Assembly (NCBI GenBank): GCA_964234715.1
Contig: OZ174281.1
From: Podarcis melisellensis
Lineage: Eukaryota
DNA: 64,000 nt
Direction: 5' to 3' (one strand)
Shown here: one piece after another, positions 25,260 to 37,600 of the stretch
Layout of the letters: each line of letters begins with the position of its first letter
How positions within the stretch are numbered: the stretch's first letter is position 1
Notes under the pieces: generated by a model
Seen by the model: only the letters and a program-made list of their open reading frames with translations
What the model was told of the DNA's origin: nothing
The model's database searches: none
Program-made: the position numbers and the translations under genes

Positions 25260-26310
25260 CCGTAGGTTTTGCAATAAGCCGCCGCCGCCGCTATTCTTCC
25301 GTCTTTTTACTAGAATACAATCTCCCGCAGAAGCGCTGCCATCCTTACCGACCGAGCCTGGGCATCTTTTACTTGGAAGTAAGGCCCCCGGCGGAGTTCA
25401 ATGCCACTTACTCCCAAGTAAAGGCGCAGCCGATTCTCGCCACGTTCCTGTCCGGCCCGCCAGGCGATGCCCCGGCCCCAGGTCCGCCTCCCTCCTCCCG
25501 GCAGCTGAAGTTCTGCTGCCAGACGGAGCAGCGCCGGGCGCGATCCCTGCAGCAGCAGGCGGACACCGGGAGCAACCAAGGCGGCGGCGGCGGCGGCGCG
25601 GGGCTCCTCGGCTCGCTCTTCCGCCGCCGCGCCTCGACCCGCCGGGCACCTGTTCCGAGCGCGGCCGCCGCAGCGCTTTCTCCGCCGGCGCGGCTGGCCG
25701 GCAAGAGCGCGGAGAGCGGAGGCGCCTGTGCGCGCTCGGCGGGGCCCAGCGGAGCCGGGGCGGCCGCAGAGCAGGCCTGGGCCCTGGGCAGGCTGGGCCG
25801 CTGGGCTCCGCCTCTTCCTCCGCCTCCCCGGCAGACGAGCCGCGAGTCGTGGCAGGCGAGCGGGCGGCGCCACCTCGCGCGGACCCCGCCGCCCCGTCCT
25901 TTCCCTCCGCCTCTTCCGCCCGCCGCCTCCGACCAGCCCGGGAGGCCCGCTGCGGCCTGGCGGCGGGCAGGCGCGCCTCCTCAGGCCGGGCGCTCCGGGG
26001 AAGGATGCAGGGCCCGCCCGGGGAAGAAGGGAAGAGCGAGAGCGAGAGAGAGAATGGCTTCTCCGGGGCGCCCCCCCGCCCCCCGCCACGCCGAGTTTGG
26101 CTTTGTTCGCGTGACGCGCGAGTCTGGCGAGGGAGGCGCTTCTCGGCTCCCGCCCCCCTCTCCGCCCCCCCCGCATTTGGGGGGCGCGCGGGGCGGGGCA
26201 GCCGGGCAGCAATATTGTCCACCCCCCCCCCGCCCCCATGCCGGCCGGTTCCGCCTTTTGAAAAGCGGCTCAGCATAGGGCAGTCATCTCGCCTTTTAAA
26301 GTGCTGCATT
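25260..26310. promoter_or_regulatory. Distal CpG island, probable upstream PURA promoter / bidirectional promoter
   Basis: Isolated ~1 kb CpG island 7-8 kb upstream of the PURA ATG. GC box GGGGCGGGG at ~26190, CRE half-site TGACG at ~26112, flanking E-boxes CACGTG at 25121 and 25152, CCAAT at ~25210. No recognisable protein in its ORFs. Confidence 0.65.
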
Positions 26311-26324
26311 TGAAGAAGGCTTGC

Positions 26325-26414
26325 TGCCTCCTCCTCCTCCTCCTCCTCCTCCTCCTCCTCCTTCTCCTTTTCCTTTTCCTCCTCCTTCTCCTTCTCCTTT
26401 TCCTTCTCCTCCCC
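26325..26414. repeat. Polypyrimidine (CCT)n/(CCTT) tract
   Basis: About 90 bp of pure C/T on the plus strand. Confidence 0.9.
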
Positions 26415-28130
26415 GAATTTACTTCTCTTGCTTTTCTTCATAGTCAGGTTGCTTATTTTTTCTCTATGAGTGCATTTTTAAATTGTAAGCCTGTGTGCAG
26501 GGACTTGTGTTAATTGTATTTAAGCGGATTTGGGAGCTGGTTTTGACTGTAGAGCAGGATACAAATGCTCTGAATAATGGATAAGTAAATGAGTCGTGAG
26601 AATGTGGGACCCAAGGCCAGCCTCTCTCCACCACACAAACACTACCACCCCAACAAGCAGTGAGAAACCAGGCAGACATTTATAGGGCTTACACTCTGTC
26701 CTATTCATGTCTGCGTATGTGTGTGTGTGAGAGAGGTTCAAGTGGACATTGTCTTTCAGACTCTTGGAAGAGGCAAAGCCCATTGTTGTAAACCAATTGA
26801 CAATAAATACTAAAAGATTCAGCAAGTAATAGAGCTTTTAAGCCATTCATCTTAAGGCACGTTAATATTTACTTACAATAACTTATAAACCAAGGGTGGA
26901 GAATTCTTTTTTTCTCCTTTGGGAAAACAGCAACAAATAATAATTACTTTATTAAGTGTATTATAAGTTCATTATATTCATTAAGATACATATTGTAAAG
27001 CCTTGGAAGAAAGGGATATCTACTGAAGCTCTGGCTCTTAGTCAGTTTAAGAATGGGATCCACTGTGTAACGGGCAATTTTACTATATCTGTGAAGAGTG
27101 AATCAGGCGAAGACACACACATGCCTCATCGGGCAGGTCAAATATACAATCAAAGAGAAATATCCCCATTTATAAATCTGTTTCACATTGCCTGCCCCCC
27201 CCCCCAATTCTCTCATTCCTCTATATTACCCACACACTCTTTCAACTTAGCAGACTCTCTTAACTGCCTAAAGCATATTTCCTCAACTGTCTCAGAATAC
27301 TGCTGTCAATCACTTAAAGTTCTCCACCAACGTTCTAGTAGTAGCAGCACATTACATGCAATTTTGCCCTTGTTTTCAGTTTTCCTAAGCATGCCCAGAT
27401 ATAGTTCTCTTTCTTCCTGTGTGTTGAGAAAGGAGCAGTTAACATGTCCATATAGTGGTGCTACCTTGGCCACATTTTGGATTGAGGATCTATATGATGC
27501 ATGGTCACAACTGGAAAATGATCAAAATGTAGTTTGAGCACAAATATATGGATTCTGATACCTAAAAGTTTGGGGAAAGTCAGGACACAAGCTAAATGTT
27601 GCATTTGCTCTGTAATTGCCACAAATGTTGGGTAGGCCAGCAGATCCTTTCTCATGAGTTGCATTCCATCCATCAAGCAAGGTAACATCTACCATATTAT
27701 GCTCTTTAATTTGGATTAGTTAACATGGAATAAATGTTATTGATTTTTTAAATTGATTTTACCATCCCTGACACACATTATTGTACACGTTAGGGATCTT
27801 TCTCATGGTTGCTTAAGAACACAATAATTTCCTTGCTGGATACAACCAAATTGTCCACCCAGAGAGGTTCATAAAGGCTTTGCTCCTCATTTCCCTTGGA
27901 CATTCCCTTGGTTCAGTACGTATCTGAAACTGCTGGGTAATATTACATGAAAATAGGTTTTGAAACCATCCATCCCCATTGTATGTTTCTCCATTTCAGC
28001 TAGTCCAGACCTTGCAGTATTGATGGTCACATGGTGGAGAACATCAGATAGAAGTGTATCCCCGAATGTTCTGTTCTGTAACATACAATACATAATACAG
28101 ACAATATCCATCCTGTTTTGAAAAGCTAGT

Positions 28131-28481
28131 AAGGTAAAGGGTAAAGGGATCCCTGACCATTAGGTCCAGTCGTGGCCGATTCTGGGGTTGCGGCGCTCAT
28201 CTCACTTTATTGGCCGAGGGAGCCGGCGTACAGCTTCCGGGTCATGTGGCCAGCATGACTAAGCCGCTTCTGGTGAACCAGAGCAGCGCACGGAAACGCT
28301 GTTTACCTTCCTGCCGGAGTGGTACCTATTTATCTACTTGCACTTTGACGTGCTTTTGAACTGCTAGGTTGGCAGGAGCAGGGACCGAGCAACAGGAACT
28401 CACCCCGTTGCGGGGATTCGAACCGCCGACCTTCTGATCGGCAAGTCCTAGGATCTGTGTTTTAACCCACAGTGCCACCCG
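28131..28481 (-). mobile_element. Sauria SINE
   Basis: AAGGTAAAGGGTAAAGG tail, body homologous to 11553-11908, box B GGGATTCGAACC on plus. Confidence 0.9.
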
Positions 28482-28764
28482 CTATAGGTTGCTTAACAGC
28501 CAAAGGCCTGATTGAAGAGGTATGTTTTCACCTGAAGTGTAAAGATATCTAGTAAATGGACCATGTGAGCCTCCCACAAATGAGGAACCACCACAGAAAT
28601 AGCTATAATAACACTCATCATGTGCTAATAAATAAGCAAAATACCTCTCAGCATCTCCCACCTCTTGCATTACAAATCACTATCGGATATATTTGATTTG
28701 TATTATTAGCATGAAACAATGGGAAGAACCTGCTCTTCTCTATCCCTAGAGGATCTTGGCATAT

Positions 28765-28830
28765 AGTCATAGAATCAGAATCCTAGTCTTGGAAGGGACC
28801 ATGAGGGTCGTCTACTCCAACCAGAACCTC
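28765..28830 (-). mobile_element. CR1 3'-end fragment
   Basis: CATAGAATCAGAATC..TTGGAAGGGACC..TCTACTCCAACC, the CR1 (ATTCTATG)n tail. Confidence 0.55.
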
Positions 28831-29621
28831 AACACACAGCCTCCCATTCAGTCCCAAACCACACCATGCCCTGCTTAGCTTTGCAAATGTGCCAGCAATT
28901 TTACTGCTGCACCACTAGGAGGACAGAAAGGGATTGGAAGTATATGAACACACATCTCCAAGCCTAAAAGGGAGAAATATCTTTATTATTTGGGAAACTT
29001 GGATACATTCCTTCAATGATTGTTTCCAGAGGTGTTGGGATATATTTATTGGAGGAGTCTGTTCCTTTTAAAAAAAGTTTTGAACCAGTTTCCTTCAAAC
29101 ACAATGGGGTAGTTCAAATTTCAGCATTAAGTTTCAGAAGTAAGCTGTTCTTAAACCAAGGTACCACTGCAGTTTTGTTCCCAAACACCACATGGTCCCA
29201 AACCAGTTGCAGTGCTGAGTGCTTCTTTTCAGAATTCCAGCACCTCAATTCTTTCTTCTCTGTTCCTGGTGTTCCTCTGCTCTTTTTGGTATCCAGTGAC
29301 CACTGAAGGTGTTCAGTCCTTGTTTGCAAGTGTTTTGGGTTTCCCCCTCCATTCCAGCCTCCCCCCACCACTTCCCACTCCCATTTTGTTTTTTGTGTGT
29401 GTGTATGCGCATAAGCTTTAATTTCTTGATCATTCTCTGGTTTCATTCCTAGGAAGACTTAATAAGTGGTTATTCTTACCCTTTATGGTTTTTCTCCTCC
29501 CCCCTTCCACCCCCCTTCTCCCCTTGGTTTATTTCCTTATTGTTATTGTCGCATATCTTGTATTTTTATGCTGTGAACCACCCTAAGATCTACAGATGAA
29601 GGACAGTAAACAAATTTAAAT

Positions 29622-29650
29622 CAACCAACCAACCAACCAACCAACCAACC
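29622..29650. repeat. (CCAA)n microsatellite
   Basis: Direct reading. Confidence 0.9.
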
Positions 29651-32375
29651 TGCTGCCAGCATTTCTAAACATTCCATGCTATGGAGTTCTTATGGGACCA
29701 CCCCCTCCATTTTTATTTGGCAAAAATGTGAGAATTTGCAAACTTTGTGGCCTGCTAATGCCTCGCTCTTGTGGGTGAGTAGGTGGTGTGGCTTTGACCT
29801 GGGACAACTTGAATCAGATAAAATGTTAGAATGAATCCCTGGTGTTTGTATACTACCTGAAGATGCAATTGTGTGAGCTGAAATAAATACTAGTATCAAT
29901 GACAGGAATCTTTGTTCTGACTCTTGTTTCTTGTGCAATTTAAGAAGTCCAACCAGTTCTGCATGCAAGTCAGGGCTGCTAAAAAAAGCTCAACAGCTTT
30001 TGGGGTACCCTGGTTTTTCCTTATTGAAATATGGCAACCCTACTTCTGCATGCAACTGAGTGCATAATTTGGCCTAGAAGGAGATCTGAGGGGGCTATTT
30101 AAGCAGTTTTACCTTTGCTGCAACTTGAGAGGAATGGGGGATTTTTGACTGGATGCTGTGAGCTGCTGCTTTTTCCCAGTGCAACTCTCCAACCTGCAAT
30201 AGAGGTATTACATTGAATACACAAGCTTTCAGTCCAAGCTGCAATGTGTGGATAAAGGCAATGGATTTTATTCTTAGGTTGAGTTTTAGCTCAACTCTCA
30301 ACTTGCAGCGGGGTCTAATCCTTCTGGATAATGCTACTCAGAACCCGATCTTCAGACTACAATACAGGACTGCCATTAAGTCACTCTCCTCCAGCCACAG
30401 CCCCTTCCAACCTGCAACATGGAGAATGGACTGCACTTGCTTTGGAATTTTATTTGCAATGTTACCTTTAAATGTTTTTAAAAGAACAAAAACTAAGTTA
30501 GAAAGATCAGGGACATTTGTTTTTGCTGCCACCTTTTTTTGGCTATTTATTTATTTATATATTGCGGGTGTGGATGGCACTCCCCTGGCTACTTTAAAAC
30601 CTTGGCTTTCTCTATTGATTTCTATAGGCAGCTCTCACATCTGCCCCTGGAGACATTAAAAATAGCTTCTCAGTGTGAATTAGGAAATGACCTCTCCAGA
30701 GATGAGATGGTTCTCTCATCCCTCTTTGAGAGGCATCTCCTGGGGCTTTGAAGGGAGCCTCAGCAGATAGGGAAGGCTCATCACTGCAGACCTGCTGAAT
30801 GTGCCATTGCCAACGTGGAGGACCACTGCGCTGCTGGGGTGGGGCTAAACACAGTCTCAAGGCCCCTTTCTGCTCTACCCTGACTAAAACAAAGTTTTCT
30901 GAGTGGGAGTCGGGTGTTGGTGCCTGGAGGTATCTATCAGGGTGCTAGGCAGAGGGGTGATAGCTGATGTGCTCAAGCTCCCATGTATGCTGAGGCCAAG
31001 CTAAGTGCTTTCTGTGCATGCAGTTTGCCCTTTCCCCCATCACAAGTTCCTTCCTGTGGGCTTGTGAGTGTGGGCGACGTGAGACCCGAGAGCTACTGTA
31101 CCCACATCAGAACAAAATGCACTCTTCCCTTACAGAAACTGGAAATATATTTAGAAATAAAACAGACTGTTTGTACTACCCTCTAGTGGTGACTCAAAGT
31201 CATTTGCACTATTAAAAATGTTACAATTCAAGTCTTTTTGCTTTTCCTGTTGTTGAAAAGCAATCTCCTGCCCCAGCTTCATGTTCTGTCAAGATTTCAT
31301 AATACCTCTGTCGTAGTTCCACCTCCAGTTCCTTGCCTCCACTTCCAGGGCTTCCAGGGAGGGTGGCACAAGAAGGGCGCAACAGCCATGAACCCATGGG
31401 TGGAAGCATGGGGGGGCAGGGAGGGACAGCTGCCCCCCTTAATAAAAATCAATTACAAAATAGCAAACCGAGGTTCTCCCCTCCTCAACAAAAGGTCTAC
31501 CCTCCCTAACAAAAACCCTAGCTATGCTCATGCATGCATCCTTCGATCCCAGCTGGTGAGGCCGGAATTGAAGGGTGAACAGCAGCCACATCCCCATGCT
31601 GCTACCCCCCCCCTGCAAGGTTGGGATCCAGGGAGGGTGGCGCGAGAAGGTAAAACAACCACGTGTTGTCAGTTGATCGCCTACTCGGAGGGGAGCCTGG
31701 GCAGCCAACGTGGCACTGGGGCTCAAAGCAGGCACCCCCATGCTAATGTGCCAGCCAGAGGCGTAGCTAGGGGGTGGGGGTCACTGGGCGCCACACCACA
31801 GTGGCTGGCACTTACCGTGGGGCCTGCAGCGTGTCTGAACCACATGTCCCTCCTGGGAGTGACGTGGTGGCTTGGGCGCCTCCAGGGTCTGCACTGCCGG
31901 AAATGGCAGCGTGGGGCTGGCACCTGCCCCCCGCCTCTCCCTCAGCCACCCTACAGTTGAGGGGGAGGCAGTGGTGAGGCTCTGTGCAGTGTGCCTTGCT
32001 TCATCACTGCCAGGACTTGGGTGTTTCCCTGAGGTGGGGCCTGTGGCAGATCTCTGTCTGAGTAGTGGGATCAGTTTTCAGAACTTGGACAATAAAGCAG
32101 GAAAACATTGATCGATCATGCGATTTGCACAGCTCACATGTGGGCAGTCTGTGACCTGGGGCCACAACCAGTCCACAATATCATTCTATTCAGCCTCCTA
32201 CCCTTCTGAAGAGGCCACATACCTCCATCCTATCCTGATTCCTTCCTACCTGTTTGTTTTCTCCTTTTCTCAAGGCTTCTTAAAGTGTCCTTTCCTTTTC
32301 TATATCATTTCGGAACAATTGGAAGGGGCAGCATTTTTGTGAACAATTTATGTCACAATCATGTCACAATTGTAT

Positions 32376-32617
32376 CATACCCTCCAACATCCTCCTGGCC
32401 AAAATTGGGATACTCATTTTTTGGTCCTGAGCTCTCGCAGGGGTCAGGTGACTCTCTCAAGAGTGCGAGAACAAAACACAAGAGTTTTTTGTTCTGGCAC
32501 TCTGGCCTTGGCCAGCTGATGTGTACCACAGCACCAGACGAAAGAGAGAGGACATGCTGGGATGACTTCTATAATTCTAGGATGTCCCACTTAAATCAGG
32601 ACGGTTGAGAGGTATGT
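32376..32617. mobile_element. hAT-like non-autonomous element
   Basis: Imperfect TIRs CATACCCTCCAAC / GTTGAGAGGTATG. Related start at 57463 (CATACCCTCCAAG...GGGACAGTCC). Confidence 0.5.
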
Positions 32618-32899
32618 TTTACTGGTCATCGAAGCAGCTTCACCCCCAGCTGTTTGAGAACAAATTAATATCCTTCTCTCTGTTCTGTGTGTGTGACATT
32701 AAAGTTCCTTCATTTCCAGTACAGTAGCTGTACTGATCTACTTTACTTTTAATACTCTTGAGCATGCAACCCCAGAGTCATCTGCAACTGGACCAAACGG
32801 TCAGGGGTAACTTTACTTTACTTTAAACTTATCTAAGAGTAATCCCATCAAATCCAGCCAGTCTTACTTCTAGGTATACATGGATGGGGTTGGGAATGT

Positions 32900-33740
32900 T
32901 TTGTTTATTTATTTCCTAAAAGTTATACACCGCTTGATCAAACAAACAAAGCGGTTTACAGAAAGGTAAAACAGTAAAATCAAGAAAAAAATACTACCCT
33001 ACTTAAAAATATACAAAACTTAAAATACTGAAACAGATTATAATTTTCTCAACTTTCTAAGTATTTGGGTAGGCTTGTTCAAACAAGAATGCTTTAAGCA
33101 GGCACAAAAAGAGTACAGTGAGGGTGCCAGCTTGATCTCAATAGGCAGGGAGTTCCAAAGTGCAGGTGCTGCCACACCAAACAAGCAAGTTCTTACAAAT
33201 GCAGAACTATGGGCAGATGTGGGATAAGGCAATCTTGTAGGTATCCTGGTCCAAAGTTGTTAAAGGCTTCATATTCTAACACCTTGAACTTGGCCCAGTA
33301 GCAAATTGACAATGAGTGCAGATCTCTGAGCACAGGTGTTATATGTAGGCAAGGCCTCACTCCTGTCAGCAATTGTGCTGCAACATTTTGCACTAACTAC
33401 AGCAAAGCTTTCCAAACTGTGTGTTGCGATACATTAGTGTGTCAGCCGTAGTGTGTAGGTGTGTCATGTGAATGCTTCCCGCACTCCTCCCAGGGCTGGA
33501 AAAGGGTTAGTTTAACCTCTGGTTTGCTAGTAAAACTGAATTATGGTACTCTGTCATGAAATGATGTGTGTCTAAAAAGCGTGTCACCAGCATGAAAAGT
33601 TTGGAAAGCTCTGCTACATCCTCCAGATCAAGTGCAAGGGAAGCCCCACACAGAGAGCACTGCAGTAATCTAATCTTGAAGTAACAAGTGCATGAACTAC
33701 TGTGGCCAGTCTCCCTCAGTCTAGGAATGCTCATAGCTGT
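32900..33740 (-). mobile_element. L2-type LINE 3' region with a nested hAT MITE (~33400-33613)
   Basis: Minus peptides QNVAAQLLTG...HITPVLRDLH, AAPALWNSLPIEIKLAPSL and FKIRLLQC (shifted RLDYC). Insert has TIRs AGCTTTCCAAACT / AGTTTGGAAAGCTCTG. Confidence 0.75.
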
Positions 33741-36700
33741 CGAACCAGTATGACTGCAGAGTGAAGTAGTCAAGGTGTCAGTGGGGGACTGTGAAAAGTT
33801 GTAACTATTTGGGGACACCCCCCCCCAACATCCCTGCTAGACAGGTGTATTCATCTCTGGCAGAAGAGAGGTGTGACCTCTCTATTTAGGCATGATGGAG
33901 GGCCAGAGAAACTGGGTAGTCTTAAAGGGGCAGGCTAACGCAGAGCAAAACTGTGACACAAGCCCCACTCCAGTTATTTCACTGCAATATATTTTGAGCC
34001 TCCTCCCTCCCTTCCTGAAAACAAACACAGCAGATGTTTGAATTTGAAATGTAGAGTTGTGTCTGGAACGTGCTTGTTTCCTTCAAGTAGATGTCTTCAG
34101 TGTAGATGTCACACTGCTGTGTTCTGCACGTATTCTGCCTCTTGGAAATGGGTGGGGGTTCAGCAGAATTCCCACCCAGAAACACAGAAGATGTCCTGAA
34201 CGAGCCTATCAGAGATAGCCAGTGTGGGGCTTCCACTTGGTGGGGATTCCCATTTTTCCTGTTTATTCCTTATTTAAATGGTTCAAAAATATGAAAAACA
34301 ACCAAGAAAATAATGCTAATAATAAAGATTTTTTTAAATCGCCAAGTGTGTGACATTGATAATTATAATGTGCCCAACTTTATAATGCAACCAAATATAA
34401 ACCCTTTTGATATCACATTACATTTTGCCTTGTTTTGTATGCTGCAGGTTTCTATTCCGGACTGGAGAATACGGCGTCTTGTGAACTTAGGGAAAACACT
34501 TCTTATAGATCATTACACAGCCCAATTTCATGTGTGTGCTTCCATGACTTTTCTCTTGCTGACACGTTTGTTTTTATATACAATAAATTGATACCAATTA
34601 GCTGTTAACATGTCTGCATGCTTTTCCCTCTTCAGGACCCAGCATTTTTTAGTAACTCTCAGCCTTTTGCTCAGGGGCAAAGAAAACGGAAAGATGTGAC
34701 CTTCAGCTCTTTTTTTTAAAAGGCACGACTGTACTTTTATAGCCATGTCAAGAAATGTGAGTCTTGCCACACATGAAGTTATCTTAATGAGAAAATTTGC
34801 AAAGATAATTGTGTGCATTATAACACAGCGCTGCACCCTCATAATTAAGTGTGATGTTCAGCTTATTTTTAGTTACTGGTTTGTTAATACTGTTTTATTG
34901 ATTGCAATTGTTTTACTGATGATTACTGATGATTTATGCTATACTTGTGTGGTGTTCTATTATGTTAGGGTTTTTAAAAATTGTTTGCAAGCCACTTTGG
35001 GATTCTGTTGGCACTTTTGCATGGCTGGAATGTGTCCTTGAGCAGCAATAATGCATTTTATTGCCTGGATGGTGAGTTTTGTGTGTGTAGCAACCGCTGA
35101 CCTTTGTGTGACTGGAGAGTAGCATAGAGAAAGACTCGAGCGGAATCTGCAAGCTTGGCTACCCCGATGCTTGCCAGCCTCTTGTCTGCTTCTGCCTACT
35201 GAGAACAAGGCAAAAATTGCTGGTGACTGGAGCCGCCGGAGCTGCGCAGACCAGCAGGGGAGCTGTCCAGCAAAATTCAGAGCTGAGTTAGCAAGGCTAT
35301 GCAAGCAGCTTACCTGTTACAGAGCTGTCACAGTAGCAACTAGCAGAAGCTCAGGGCTGCGTAGCAGTCGCAGCTCTTTCCCCAATGCGGCACCTTCAAG
35401 CGAGGAAGGGAATCCTCAGTTGCTAAAGGAACACTGCATTATTGGTGCTCGAGAAAACTCGGAAGTCTCAAATGAACAAGAACACTTTTGGTTTAAATTT
35501 AGGCCAGTTGGTTCATTTATTGCAAAAGGTATTATTAAACAGCAAGTAAATGAAAACGTATGCCATTTGAACACCTAGCACATAATCTTAACGATAAAAG
35601 ATAGGTCACCCACATTTATAAATATTTACAGAATTAGTCACAGATGATCTAATACTGTAGTTTTCAAACTCCCCCCCCCCCCGGGCCCCACTTTCAGAAT
35701 AAAAATTTGCTCATGCCACAACAGGTTTTTTTTATTGATAAGACATTAGAAAACAAAAAAGAAAGAACTCCTAGCAGTGCCTGTTTTATAACACAGAACA
35801 CAGCTGCTTTAGAATATGATCCTGGGACATTCAGAAAGTATAAAACAATGTAACTACAAAAGAACATTAATCATTCCCAAAATATAAATCAGCCTCTTAG
35901 ATATTTACCATTATTTACAGACTCAATGTGAGATGTGAGCTTGATTTTGATGGGTAATCTTATTTATATTAGGTCTAATTTGAGACAAACAACACAAAGA
36001 AACCTTTCTCTTTTCTGATCTTTCATATTTGTGGAGCAATATGCTGTTGAAGAAAAGTGTGTATACTGTTTGTCCCCCCCATGTAATATGTTGATACTAT
36101 GTTTAAAAGTTTATTTGATTGCTTCTGCCAGTCTTGCCATCCTCTCCTGCTACAACCTGATCTAACAGGATTACAAAACTGTTGGGCAAAGTGTTTGGGT
36201 TATGGCCTGTTTATTGAGCATTTATCCTTATTTGTTTGTAGGGTTATCCAACACTTTCCATTGCATTTTCCTGTCACTTTCCTAATTACTAAAAGATCAA
36301 TCTTTTTTGAATGTGGGTTTGTTGTGCAAGATCTCAAAATTTCTCCAGAGAGTAGTTTAGGGACCAGAAGTTTATTTTGCTACCTGATCACACTTCTGCA
36401 TAGACACTGGGGCTCTGCTGTGTAGCTGACATTACTAAGTAATAAGGGATTCCCCTTACAGAACACTGTGGGGGAGTATTACACTATTCAGACACCTTTT
36501 TAACCCCTCAAATGAATTGGGATAATAGATGGTAGCCAACTAAGTCATTCTCAGGGCAGGCCCACTGAAATCAGTGAACTCATGTTAGTCAGGACTTCCT
36601 TAAGTTCACTGGCTTTAGTGGGTCTGCTCTGACTTTGGCTTAGTCAGAAACAACCCCCTACCTTTTAAACTAGATTGGATCTCCAGGAGGTTCACCACTT

Positions 36701-36949
36701 GGTTATCCTTGATATATTGGATGTTAAGTTTGCTTGCTGCCACTGCCAGCCTTTTTATTTCTCTGCACCTGTTCACATTCTGATCCCTGACTGTGGAGAT
36801 CACCCAACCATTTGCCTTTTTTTGGACCTAGTATTAGCTTTTTATTCTATGAAAAACAGGTTATCATGGTCAAACAATTGAAGGCTATTTCAATTTAAAG
36901 TTTCCAGAAGGGTGTGTATGTTAATCTCTTGCAGCAAGCTCATCAAAGA

Positions 36950-37140
36950 GTATTTTGGCATCTTAAAGACCAACAAATATATTACCATGACAGAAGCTTT
37001 TGTGGACTGCAATCAGTTTCATCAGTTCACATCACCAGGCACCTGCAGCTCAAAATAACTCTTCATACATCTGATGGATTGCAGTCCAAGAAAGCTGTCT
37101 GCCATTATAAATGTGTTACGTTTTAGGTTCTGCAAAACTC
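36950..37140. mobile_element. Older inverted Penelope-end remnant
   Basis: CATCTTAAAGACCAAC..AGCTTTTGTGGACTGCAATC..CATCAG / CTGATG..GATTGCAGTCCAAGAAAGCT: same inverted architecture as 2411-2658 but decayed. Confidence 0.55.
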
Positions 37141-37239
37141 CATGAAGTTTCTGGATTCAAAGTCTTTCGCAATCAACTGGTACTATTAAGCGGCAACCTA
37201 TGTACTTATAAATGTCTTACTCATCCTTCACCATAAGGT

Positions 37240-37600
37240 CCCTTACAGCAATAGAGAACAAAACCATAAAAACAGATTAAATGGTTGCATTTATAAAACA
37301 AGCAAAACTGTTCGAACAACAGCAAAAGAGATGGGTCCCACAAAACCAAATACTTTCAACATCAAAGGCCACAGAAAAGAGGGGTGCCTCCAGCATATGG
37401 AGAACTTTGTACCATGCAGGTGCTAGACACACCTTTGTGGGGAAGTGGTTCCGCAATTTAGGGGTTGCCACAGAGAAAGTCCTCTCCCTGATTTCCATTC
37501 CCCACATTTCTGACTGTGGCAGAACTACCAAGAAAGCCCCTAAGAAGGTTGGTAGGGATACAGACAGTATTTCAGGCATTTGGGGCCTAAGTCATTTTAG
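37240..37600 (-). mobile_element. L2-type LINE 3' end, degraded
   Basis: Minus peptide RERTFSVATPKLRNHFP...LEAPLFSVAF (RAFSVAAPxLWNxLP...LKTxLF motif). Confidence 0.6.

Noticed and set aside
25225-26441. Several 300-360 aa ORFs in the distal CpG island
   Set aside because: Overlapping on both strands and rich in Arg/Pro/Gly/Ala, as expected by chance in very GC-rich DNA. The ATG ORF 26239-25310 meets the 25349 donor in phase 0, which is out of frame with PURA.
26956-27537. 193-aa plus-strand ORF
   Set aside because: Non-ATG start, no recognisable domain and no evident splice structure. Probably chance.
31238-31960. 240-aa ORF
   Set aside because: Runs through MITE-like GC-rich repeat fragments and has no recognisable homology.
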